Below, one piece after another: positions 32,666 to 41,959 of a stretch of DNA of 64,000 nucleotides. This DNA comes from a virus. Lineage: Duplodnaviria > Caudoviricetes. The position numbers and the translations under genes are program-made. The notes beneath the pieces were generated by a model. That model saw nothing but the letters and a program-made list of their open reading frames with translations. It was not told the DNA's origin and did no database searches. The number at the start of each line of letters is the position of its first letter. The first letter of the stretch is position 1. The stretch is taken from the IMG/VR virus record IMGVR_UViG_3300035208_002115, one strand, 5' to 3'.

Positions 32666-32851
32666 CGGGCGATAGCTCAGTTGGTTCAGAGCGCATACAT
32701 CAGTCTTCGGATTGGACAGATGAAATTACCTAATTATATAATTAAGAGTGGAGTGAGTGAGTAATTGACACACATGAATCTCAGAACATGTAAGGTGGTA
32801 ATTTCAAATGTTACTTGTGTGAGGTCGGGGGTTCGAATCCTTCTCGCTTGA
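32666..32851 (+). tRNA. tRNA-like gene with a 118-nt structured insert replacing the anticodon loop (Pro-like acceptor, no encoded CCA)
   Basis: Acceptor CGGGCGA/TCGCTTG+A, D arm GCTC-AGTTGGTTCA-GAGC, anticodon stem CATAC/GTGTG, variable loop AGGTC, T arm GGGGG-TTCGAAT-CCTTC. Confidence 0.85.
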
Positions 32852-32871
32852 CTATTTAAAATAAAAAAGTC

Positions 32872-33093
32872 ATGAAAGATTTCATGTATAAAAAAAGTAA
32901 AACTGCTGATGAGTTAAAAAAAATGATTGAAAAATCTTTTGAAACTCACACAATATCCAGAGACAATTATGATAAAATAATGCATCATGCATTGGAAGAT
33001 TCTCATTTAGATAGAGAAGAAGCTGCTTTACTTGCACAATTTCATGAAATGATTGACCAAAAAGATATACGGTTTATTGTGGATAAATCTTAA
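32872..33093 (+). CDS. Small helical hypothetical protein
   Basis: ORF track. Confidence 0.55.
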   Translation: MKDFMYKKSKTADELKKMIEKSFETHTISRDNYDKIMHHALEDSHLDREEAALLAQFHEMIDQKDIRFIVDKS

Positions 33094-33097
33094 ATAA

Positions 33098-33631
33098 ATG
33101 GAAAAAACTATCAGAAAAACAAACATCGGTGTTGTAAAGCAAATCCTCAACGAATGTAGATTTTCTGAAGGTTTTGATAATATTTCTATTTTAGAACCCT
33201 CTGCTGGTTCTGGTGATTTAATCGATGGTATATTAAAATTTCATTCTGGGACAGACCTCAACTTCGATTGTATCGAATTAAATCAGGAATTAAGAAATCA
33301 ATTAAAACAAAAAGGTTATAATGTTGTCGGTGAAGATTTTTTCAAATTTGATACCGAAAAACGTTATGATTATATTATTGCTTGTCCAAATTTCAAAGAT
33401 AATATTGATGTTGAACACATCATGCATATGTATAATTTTTTGAATTATTGTGGTAGCATAGTTTCTTTAACACATCCAGCATGGACTTTTCAAAATTCAG
33501 AACGCCAAGTTAAATTTAGGAAATGGCTGGAAGATAAAAAATATTATCTTAAAATGTTGCCAGATAATTCATTTATGGAAGAATATAAAACTCAACCATC
33601 AATGATTATTAAGATTGATAAGACAGTATAA
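33098..33631 (+). CDS. SAM-dependent (N6-adenine class) methyltransferase-like protein
   Basis: ILEPSAGSG, CIEL, EDFF, YDYIIACPNF (variant of NPPF). Confidence 0.75.
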   Translation: MEKTIRKTNIGVVKQILNECRFSEGFDNISILEPSAGSGDLIDGILKFHSGTDLNFDCIELNQELRNQLKQKGYNVVGEDFFKFDTEKRYDYIIACPNFKDNIDVEHIMHMYNFLNYCGSIVSLTHPAWTFQNSERQVKFRKWLEDKKYYLKMLPDNSFMEEYKTQPSMIIKIDKTV

Positions 33632-34119
33632 TGAAAAAAATAATAGTATATAAAGACCACGACAAACATCTATTTGGAAAAATATTCCAAATTAGATTAA
33701 AAGAGCCTTTGGGTCGTCCCGAATGCCCTTATCTCTATCGTTGGAGTTTAGTATTTTTTGGTTATACTATTCGTTTACACCACTGGATTAAATCGGATGA
33801 CCGTAGATTTTTTCATGACCATTCCTGTGATTTGATTTCAATCATTATAAAAGGTTATTACTATAATGTGATGCCCGATGAAAATGATAATCCCGTTGAA
33901 TATTTAGCCAAGGCTTGGAAACCCAGAAGAATGAAAGCTGAACAAAGACATTACCTTGATATACCAAAAGGTGGGGCTTGGACATTATTACTTTGTAGCC
34001 GACCCTATCTAAAATGGGGGTTTTTTGTTAACAATAAAAAAACTGGTGAATTAGTTAAATGGCGACCCCTAAGATATTTCAGTAAATATGGAATTATCCA
34101 AGACGAAAACTATCAATAA
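33631..34119 (+). CDS. Cupin-fold phage protein
   Basis: PYLYRW...LHHW..SD...HDH...IIKGYY...H...WTL...WGF. Confidence 0.65.
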   Translation: MKKIIVYKDHDKHLFGKIFQIRLKEPLGRPECPYLYRWSLVFFGYTIRLHHWIKSDDRRFFHDHSCDLISIIIKGYYYNVMPDENDNPVEYLAKAWKPRRMKAEQRHYLDIPKGGAWTLLLCSRPYLKWGFFVNNKKTGELVKWRPLRYFSKYGIIQDENYQ

Positions 34120-34174
34120 TTGGTAGTTTTTTGTTTTTAATTATATTTATTCAATATCCTAATATTTTATTTAA

Positions 34175-34182
34175 TATATTTG
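34175..34182 (+). promoter_or_regulatory. Bacteroidota sigma-A -7 element TAnnTTTG (representative copy)
   Basis: Nine copies just upstream of gene starts. Confidence 0.6.
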
Positions 34183-34207
34183 TGGTAATAATAAGTATAT
34201 AAAAAAT

Positions 34208-34698
34208 ATGATATCTTATTTATCCACCTCTCAACAAGTAGAAGCTGTTAATTTATGGCAGAAATTTGACAGTGTTCAAAAATTTCACTGTAAAAATGAT
34301 ATTAATCATGGTAAATTATCGGTTGGTAATAACAAGGGTGTTATATTTTTATATTGTCAACATTGTAATTATGTGGAAGTAAATATACCAGAAATGATTT
34401 TTCAGAAATATTACTTATTAAAAGATTTGTAATGAATTTAAAAAAAGATATAGAAATTGATATCATTACTTATCTAAAAGATTATGGTTTTGAAAATTTT
34501 GAAATATCAAATATAAGAGAATGTGTATATAAATATTTAACAAAAACATATACTGTTTACGATTTTAATTTACGTTTAGCTGGAAACTCGCATACATATA
34601 GAATTAAAACTAATAAAATTAACGATTATTATTTGAGAAGAACCAGAAAATTAAAAATAGAAGAATTATTTGATATTGAATTAGAGGTTTTAGAATGA
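34208..34698 (+). CDS. Two small hypothetical genes (34208-34432 with Cys/His zinc motif; 34432-34698 with RxxKI motif)
   Basis: TATATTTG promoter at 34175-34182; C..H..CxxC; RTRKLKIEELF. Confidence 0.55.
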
Positions 34699-34741
34699 TA
34701 AACTTTATTCATTATTTTGAATATATTAAATAAAAATTATT

Positions 34742-35293
34742 ATGGATTTTCCTTCTTCTAAAAATAATTTTGATAAAGATTTAATAGATGCTAAGAAATA
34801 TGAACTTTTTGCATTAGAATATTTTCATAAAATTAAACATTATAATATCGTTGAAAATCGTAAAAATGAAGATTTAAAATTTTTCGATTTAATAGTATAT
34901 GATGATAATAATAACGTCCTATGTTTTATTGAGGTTAAGCACGATAAATATGTAGCAATGAATAATCACTTTGCCGTTGAATATGAGTCATGGAAAAAAC
35001 CATCTGGTATAGTAATAACTAAAGCTGAATATTTTATTTTTATTAGCTCCCTTCCTAAAAGTACACAGCATATAATGTATATTTTTAAAACTAAAGAATT
35101 ACGTAAATTTATAAAAAATAATAGGGGTAAACTGGATGCTAAAACTTGTCTTATTATTCAACCATGTATAGTTCAAAATGAAACTAACGCAAAATTTTTT
35201 AGAATTCATTTGGATTATCTTGTTGGTTTATATCAGAAAATAGATGTTACTAAATATGTTGATAATGGTTTATTAACAAACCCTGATTTATAA
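34742..35293 (+). CDS. PD-(D/E)xK nuclease family protein
   Basis: E...FDLIV...FIEVKHD...KPSGI. Confidence 0.7.
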   Translation: MDFPSSKNNFDKDLIDAKKYELFALEYFHKIKHYNIVENRKNEDLKFFDLIVYDDNNNVLCFIEVKHDKYVAMNNHFAVEYESWKKPSGIVITKAEYFIFISSLPKSTQHIMYIFKTKELRKFIKNNRGKLDAKTCLIIQPCIVQNETNAKFFRIHLDYLVGLYQKIDVTKYVDNGLLTNPDL

Positions 35294-35301
35294 AGTTAGA
35301 T

Positions 35302-35604
35302 ATGAAAATATATAACACATCATTACATTTAAAAGCAAAAGAATTTCTTTTAGATGAAGGTTTAAGTGGGGTTAAAATAATATATGTTAAACAGAACATA
35401 TATAGTAAGACAGAAATTTTCACACAAAAAAATAAAAATATAAAAAACCTTGAATATTTGATTTATGAGATTGGGTATGTTTGTTCTAATTTTAATAGAT
35501 TTCATATTTACAAAATAAAATGTGAAAAACTTGAACAATATATTACACAAAGAATGAAAAAATTAAAAGAGTTGTTTGAATATGACCCAGATTTTACAAT
35601 TTAG
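35302..35604 (+). CDS. Hypothetical protein with RxxKL motif
   Basis: QRMKKLKELF near the C-terminus. Confidence 0.5.
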   Translation: MKIYNTSLHLKAKEFLLDEGLSGVKIIYVKQNIYSKTEIFTQKNKNIKNLEYLIYEIGYVCSNFNRFHIYKIKCEKLEQYITQRMKKLKELFEYDPDFTI

Positions 35605-36004
35605 AGGTGAATATAGATTTTTATCTAATTTTCATCCAGTTAATATAGAGTACGAAGGAATAGAATACCCTTCAACAGAACATGCATATCAGGCTTGTAA
35701 ATCAACTGATGAAAATACCCGAATATTGGTTTCTAAAATGTCAACCAAGGATGCTAAAGATTTCGGAAAAAACGTGAAATATAGAGATGATTGGGTTGAT
35801 GTTAAAGTCCCATTGATGAAAAATTTATTGATGTTAAAATTTCAGAATGAAGAATTAAAACAAAAACTACTCGCCACTGGAGATGATTATATTGTAGAAG
35901 GTAACGATTGGGGTGATACATTCTGGGGAGTTTGTAATGGTCGAGGTCATAATATGCTTGGAGTTTTATTAATGTATGTCAGATGGCACTATAAAACTTT
36001 ATAA
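35582..36004 (+). CDS. NADAR (YbiA-like) N-glycosidase
   Basis: FLSNF, STEHAYQACK, KFQN, LLATG, WGDTFWG, GHNMLG. Confidence 0.92.
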   Translation: MTQILQFRGEYRFLSNFHPVNIEYEGIEYPSTEHAYQACKSTDENTRILVSKMSTKDAKDFGKNVKYRDDWVDVKVPLMKNLLMLKFQNEELKQKLLATGDDYIVEGNDWGDTFWGVCNGRGHNMLGVLLMYVRWHYKTL

Positions 36005-36638
36005 TATGTTTAATATAGAAAGATACAAAGAATACGAAATTAAATTGATGCCTAATTTTTTTGAAATTCAGACACCAATACTACAATTAAATAAAAAATA
36101 TAATGATAAACCATATAAATTATTTGTCACATACTTTTTAAATGACCAAGGAAAAATTGATATTGTTAAAATATCTTCCTCGTTAATAAATTATATTAGT
36201 TCATGTAAACGAGGTTTCTATGGTACAAGTGAAGGATATTTTTTATCTTATTTAGATGATGAAGTAAAATTTTATTATGCGAATTCCGATAAATCAGATA
36301 TACAATTTGACCCATATATTATGGGTAATGACACAAAAGTGAATGAAGAAGTAGCAGAGAAATATAAAAGATATAATGATGTAGTATTTTATGACCGTTT
36401 TATGTTACATGATGTAAAGTGTGGGTATAATCTCACATTTAAAACAACGGACGTACAAGGATTTATGAAATTTTATAATATTGGTTTGAAAAAATGTGAG
36501 TCACTTTATAAAGAGGGTGATGATAAAAATAAAATATTATCTTTGTATGATGGTGTTTATCAATTAAAAGATTATGATAAATATGTTTTGAATGAAGAAC
36601 GAAAAGCTAAAATAAAATCTATAATTCCTGAGATATGA
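35976..36638 (+). CDS. Hypothetical protein with C-terminal RxxKI motif
   Basis: Ends ERKAKIKSIIPEI. Confidence 0.55.
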   Translation: MSDGTIKLYNMFNIERYKEYEIKLMPNFFEIQTPILQLNKKYNDKPYKLFVTYFLNDQGKIDIVKISSSLINYISSCKRGFYGTSEGYFLSYLDDEVKFYYANSDKSDIQFDPYIMGNDTKVNEEVAEKYKRYNDVVFYDRFMLHDVKCGYNLTFKTTDVQGFMKFYNIGLKKCESLYKEGDDKNKILSLYDGVYQLKDYDKYVLNEERKAKIKSIIPEI

Positions 36639-37546
36639 AAGAATTAGTATTGGAAGTTTTTAAGAAGTTTAATATCAATCCAAATGAACTTCTTCGATAT
36701 GATGAACCTCACCGATTTTATCATAACTGGAATCATATTGAATATATGTTATTAAAAGCCCAAGAACAAGGTATATTATCAGATGAATTATTATTAGCTA
36801 TTATATTTCATGATATAATTTATAATCCTAAAAACAAGGATAATGAAGAAAAATCAGCCGAATTATTTAGGCTATATGTAGAGAATGATGAAATAAAATA
36901 TGCTATTTTGGATACTAAAGACCATGTTCCAAATAGTTATTTGTCTACGTTACTATGTAGATTGGACTTGGATGTATTATATTCAGATATTGAAACATTC
37001 ATTAAATTTGAAGATGCAATATTCAAAGAATATCAATTTATCGATTACAAAAAATATAAAGAACACCGACTTAAAATTCTTGAAAATTATAATTTGAAAC
37101 CAGAGTTTTTAGATTATATTAAATATAAAAAGCCAAATATTGCTGTTTATGCAGGTACGTTTTCGCCTTTTCACCGAGGACATTTGAATATTTTAGAAAA
37201 AGCGGAAAAAATATTTGATAAAGTAATTATTGCAAGGGGTATTAACACTGAAAAAAATAATGTTTTAATTGAATTACCAGAAATAATAAAATCCAGACAA
37301 GTAGAATTTTATGATGGGTTGTTGACGGATTTTCTTGACACCCTTGAATATGATGTTACTTTAATCAGGGGATTGCGAAACATTACAGACCTGCAATATG
37401 AATTAACACAGTATAGGTTTCTTCAGGATTTAAAACCTAATATCAAGGTTGTTTCTATATTTTGTGATAAAGAATATGAACATATTAGTAGTTCTGCAAT
37501 AAGGTTATTGGAAAAATATAATAAATCAGATAAATATTTATTATGA
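36635..37546 (+). CDS. coaD: HD-domain phosphohydrolase fused to phosphopantetheine adenylyltransferase
   Basis: YDEPHRFYHNWNH...FHD HD domain; YAGTFSPFHRGH, IRGLR, HISSSAIR CoaD motifs. Confidence 0.8.
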   Translation: MKELVLEVFKKFNINPNELLRYDEPHRFYHNWNHIEYMLLKAQEQGILSDELLLAIIFHDIIYNPKNKDNEEKSAELFRLYVENDEIKYAILDTKDHVPNSYLSTLLCRLDLDVLYSDIETFIKFEDAIFKEYQFIDYKKYKEHRLKILENYNLKPEFLDYIKYKKPNIAVYAGTFSPFHRGHLNILEKAEKIFDKVIIARGINTEKNNVLIELPEIIKSRQVEFYDGLLTDFLDTLEYDVTLIRGLRNITDLQYELTQYRFLQDLKPNIKVVSIFCDKEYEHISSSAIRLLEKYNKSDKYLL

Positions 37547-38447
37547 AAAAGAAATTCAGAGAAATAACGATAAATAACAAAAAATATGGTTGGACTCTTA
37601 GAAATAATTGTGATGGTGATGGTGGGGACTGTGTTGAAATTTGGTGTGATAAAAAAGTCATACATCGTGAAATTATATCAGGTCATCTTAATGTTACACC
37701 TAAAATGATTTCTAATTTTATCATTGATTCAACAAATCAAACATATTTAAAAAAATATGCAAAATATCTGGCAAATGAACTGAAAAGTATTAATGATATT
37801 TACGGTGACATATATAAAAAATTAAACGGTGACATATATAAAAAATTAATTGAATTATCTATCAATGGCTCTGATAAACTAAAATCAGAGTTTGAAAAAT
37901 CGTTAATGTCAATTAGAACTATAATAATTATATATGCAAAAACAGATAATTATAATTTGACTTTAAAAACTTATGAAGAATTTGAAAAAATTTCTTCTCG
38001 GAAAGAAAAAATAGATAGTTTATATGATTAACCAATCAGTTTATTTTTTAATAGATTCTAATAAAATTATATATGATACACATACAGAAAGAGAATATTA
38101 TGTTTTATCTATAAATAAACATCAGGCAACTTTAAGACCAGTTGGGACAAGTAAGAAAAAATATTTCAGTGTTCCAAATTTTTATGAGAGATTCACAGCA
38201 GATAAAAATGAAATACGGAGATTGAAAATAAAACAGATTTTGGGTGATGATGAGTAATTATAATATATTTTATAATAGACATACATACAAACAATATCAC
38301 TATGTTAAATGCGATGGAAATGATGTTTATTTAGTCGAAGATGGTTGTAAAAATGTCATACAAATAGCTATTGTTGAATTTCTCACATGTTACACAAATA
38401 GTATAAATGAAATTCGGAAAATTAAAATTGAAAAAATTTTAAAATAA
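37543..38447 (+). CDS. Three small hypothetical genes, each with a C-terminal RxxKI motif (37543-38031, 38024-38257, 38244-38447)
   Basis: SRKEKIDSLYD; IRRLKIKQILGDDE; IRKIKIEKILK. Confidence 0.6.
37802..37849 (+). repeat. Exact 24-bp in-frame tandem duplication
   Basis: acggtgacatatataaaaaattaa x2 (GDIYKKL twice). Confidence 0.9.
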
Positions 38448-38514
38448 AACATTTTATTTTCAAATATTTTTTAAACAAAAATTGTATTAAGGAATATAAG
38501 AAAATAAAAACATT

Positions 38515-39027
38515 ATGACAGATTTGTCTTGTTTAAGTATTGAATACTGTAAAAGGTTTTATGTTAGTGTTTTACCGTCCAGCTTAAATCTAAATGTTTT
38601 CCCCTTTAAAAAATATATGCTTGCTTTCCTAAATAAGGAAAGTGATAGTCTTGAAACGTATGCCGAGTGTGTTGATGAAACAGATTTTTCATTGAATATT
38701 AAAGATATTGGTACTATAAAAAGGAATCAAATAAGAATAAACATATCTCAGAGTGAATTTGAGGTTATGTATGCGGTTTCAAAACCCAAAGTGATACATT
38801 ATACCCAATATACCTTAAATGACTCTAAAAACAATCTTATCTCGTTAATTAAGTATGAAAATCTTTATGAAGATATAATGGTCGTGGAATATCGTAGTGA
38901 TATGATATCAATTCAAAGTTATATACCTGACCCTTGGTTTAAAAATGATATAACCAATGATTATAGGTATAATCCAATTTTCTTATCAGTGAATAAGAAA
39001 ATTATTGGAGAAAAAATGATTAAATAA
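38515..39027 (+). CDS. CYTH-like (triphosphate tunnel) protein, degenerate
   Basis: IEYCKRFYV N-terminus, VVEY, PWFKNDITNDYRY C-terminus; catalytic residues poorly kept. Confidence 0.5.
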   Translation: MTDLSCLSIEYCKRFYVSVLPSSLNLNVFPFKKYMLAFLNKESDSLETYAECVDETDFSLNIKDIGTIKRNQIRINISQSEFEVMYAVSKPKVIHYTQYTLNDSKNNLISLIKYENLYEDIMVVEYRSDMISIQSYIPDPWFKNDITNDYRYNPIFLSVNKKIIGEKMIK

Positions 39028-39029
39028 AA

Positions 39030-39755
39030 ATGTTAATAGGTGTGAGTGGTAAAATTAGTGTGAAAACAGTATATATTTACACTCTCAGTGACCCTCGTAA
39101 TAATTTAGTTAGGTATGTGGGTAAGACAAATAATCCAAATATGAGATTAAAAAATCATATGAATCGTAAACACAATGAAAAAACACATAAAACAAATTGG
39201 ATAGAATTATTAAAAAGGGAAAAAATAAAACCATTATTTGAAATAATTGATGAAGTATCTGTTTTAGAATGGAAATTCTGGGAAAAATTTTGGATTCAAT
39301 TAATGAATAGTTGGGGTTTTGATTTAGTTAATCATACTTGTGGTGGTGATGGTTTAACATATGGTAATCAAACATCATTTAAAAAAGGTAATATACCTTG
39401 GAATTATGATAAAGCTAATGAATTTATCTGTGAAATGTGTGGAAAAAAATTTACTGCATCACCCAACACGAATAGAAAATTTTGTAGTCAAAAATGTACT
39501 TCAAAATATAAAAGTAATAAACCTAATTCAGGAACATTTAAAAAAGGTAATATACCTTGGAATAAAGGTTTAAATATTGATATTAGTAATAGAAGTAAAT
39601 GTGTAGCACAATATGATATTGATGGTAATTTTATTGATAAATATCAAAATTGTAGAGTTGCATCTGAAAAATATAATTGTGATTCTGAAACTATAAGAAA
39701 TTGTTGCAATAATAAAACAAAAACAGCAAAAGGTTATATATGGAAATATTATTAA
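39030..39755 (+). mobile_element. GIY-YIG homing endonuclease (NUMOD repeats) fused in frame to a dNMP kinase N-terminus
   Basis: MLIGVSGKIS + VYIYTLSDPR...RYVGKT...R..H; FKKGNIPWN repeats, CxxC zinc finger, NUMOD1-like GYIWKY. Confidence 0.85.
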
Positions 39756-39815
39756 TAATTAAAATTTATATCATTTATAATATTTATTAAATATTAAAAA
39801 ATAAAATAAAATAAA

Positions 39816-40429
39816 ATGAATAAAACAATTAAAAAACGACCCTATCTAATCGGGATTTCTGGTAAGATAGGGTCGGGTTAAATGGAAAAGATGCATTTTC
39901 TGAAAGAATTATTCAGTATTACGAAAAACAAGGGATTAAATTTGAAAACAAAAAATTTGCATACGATTTAAAATATATCGTATCTTATTTAACTGGTATA
40001 TCTATGGAAGAAGCTATGTCCAGAGAAGGTAAACTAAAATTTTTACCTGAGTGGGGGATGACAGTTGGTGAAATGCAGCAAAAAATAGGCACTGAAGCTA
40101 TTAGAAATAATCTTCATCATGATGCGTGGGTTTTATCATTGTTTTCAAAGTATCACCCTGAAGTTGATAATTGGGTTGTTTCGGATGTTAGATTTAAAAA
40201 CGAGGCTGATTATATCAAAAAAATGGGTGGTTTATTAATCAGGTTGAATGGTGACCCAACATCTCTAAGAGAAAATGACCAGAGAGATATGAATCATGCA
40301 TCAGAAATTGAACTCGATAATTATGATGGATTTGATTTAATATTTGAAAATAAACCACCAATTGAAAATTTAGACCGAATTATAGATGAGGTTGTTTTAA
40401 ACATGAACCGTTTATATGTTGCTTTATGA
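39816..40429 (+). CDS. Deoxynucleoside monophosphate kinase, discontinuous at the P-loop (stop plus frame change)
   Basis: Frame A 39816-39881 MNKTIKKRPYLIGISGKIGSG*; frame B from 39884 GKDAF...FAYDLK...QKIGTE...SDVRFKNE...HASE. Confidence 0.8.
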
Positions 40430-41094
40430 TAAATATTGAAACTGAAAAAATGTTCCTGAAAAAACTTAGAAATTTACAGGAAGAATTTGATAATAGAATT
40501 CTGGATTTGAAGAAAGAATTTTATAATTCACAAAAAGTAGAAACAGAAGTTAATACAGTTTCACTTACGAATTTGATTGTAGAAAAATCATCGACTAATT
40601 TGAAAATTGATACACTTAAAAAAAATAAGAAATCAAATGATGAATTATTATTTAAAATAGTAGATGATGAATTATACAAAGAACAAAAAATGATGTTCAA
40701 TCGAGAAGAAGATTTTATGTCTTATAATCATATTATCGGATATTATACAGTTGAACGGGATTTTAGAGATTATTGGTTTAGAAAAATAATATTTGACCAT
40801 TTTAATAGATTAAAAGAATTTTTTGATAATAATGATTTATCTTTTCTCGATTATAAGTCTATACTTGGTGGTGTTGGTATAAAAATCATAAAAACTAAGT
40901 CAAAAAGAAAGGAATACGCATATAAATCTTTTTCTTTTGAAGAATTAGAAAGTAAACTACAATATTATTACAGCACAAATAATAAAAAATGGTTTAGAAG
41001 ATTTTGGAATCAAATATCTGAATACAATCCAGATAAGGTAATATTATTGAAAATAAAATATAAACCCATATTATCAGCTTTAAATATAGTATAA
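40426..41094 (+). CDS. Hypothetical protein
   Basis: ORF track. Confidence 0.55.
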   Translation: MINIETEKMFLKKLRNLQEEFDNRILDLKKEFYNSQKVETEVNTVSLTNLIVEKSSTNLKIDTLKKNKKSNDELLFKIVDDELYKEQKMMFNREEDFMSYNHIIGYYTVERDFRDYWFRKIIFDHFNRLKEFFDNNDLSFLDYKSILGGVGIKIIKTKSKRKEYAYKSFSFEELESKLQYYYSTNNKKWFRRFWNQISEYNPDKVILLKIKYKPILSALNIV

Positions 41095-41740
41095 ATGAAA
41101 GATTGTCTTCACTATAAAGAATTAATTAAACATATAAATCACGAATCTCCGTATAGACCTGTTGTAGTTCATATTATTAATGAGTATTATATTATTGATA
41201 TGATGGTTTTTGAACCAATAATATCATTTAAATTATTTAAAATTGATATGGATAAATTTGAATTAATAGAAAATTCTGGTGTTATTTTCGAATTAGTAGG
41301 AAATAAAAACCCTAAATATATTACATTACATGAACTATATAAAATTTTTATTCAAAATAAGAGAAAAAATAAAATAGATTCGCTCTATGAATAAAAAATT
41401 AGTTATATTAAAGTGTACATATCCCGTAGGTATTTCTGCGAGTCAAACCCAAGAAGTTCTAAAGTATTATTTAGAAAAAATACTGGTCGATTTAAATGAT
41501 AATACTGATAATACTGAATTTAAAATGATTGTTATACCATCTGAAAAATATGAAGTAACTGTAATATATCCAAATGTTGCTATAACAAAAAAAGAATTAA
41601 ACAAAATATTAGATGAGCAAAATAAGAATGTTAAATTATTAAACAATTTGGATAATATAACAAGGGATAAACCTGAAATCAATCGAAATATAAAACAGAT
41701 TTTGAGAAGATTAAAAATATTAGAGATTTCTGATTTTTAA
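41095..41740 (+). CDS. Two small genes with C-terminal RxxKI motifs (41095-41394, 41387-41740)
   Basis: KRKNKIDSLYE; LRRLKILEISDF. Confidence 0.55.
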
Positions 41741-41959
41741 TGCTCTGACTTCATTTTTGATAAAAGGTATTAAATCTTCTATTTTTTCTACCTTTTTAAT
41801 CATTCTATATTGGCCTTGTGACATTCTAACCCACAATGAATTGAAACGAGTGTTTGTTTCAACAAACATTTCCCTTTCGCCATTAACTTTTAAAACAAAA
41901 GAAACTGGACTTTCACAAGTAAAGTCCAGTTTATATAATTCGTCTATATATTTATCCAT
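41720..41959 (-). CDS. Small protein with C-terminal RxxKI motif
   Basis: VRALKIRNL. Confidence 0.55.
   Translation of the reverse strand: MDKYIDELYKLDFTCESPVSFVLKVNGEREMFVETNTRFNSLWVRMSQGQYRMIKKVEKIEDLIPFIKNEVRALKIRNL

Noticed and set aside
32666-32851. tmRNA or group I intron-containing tRNA
   Set aside because: It has a full D arm, no alanine acceptor sequence and no tag ORF. The 118-nt insert is too short and lacks a recognisable P7 core.
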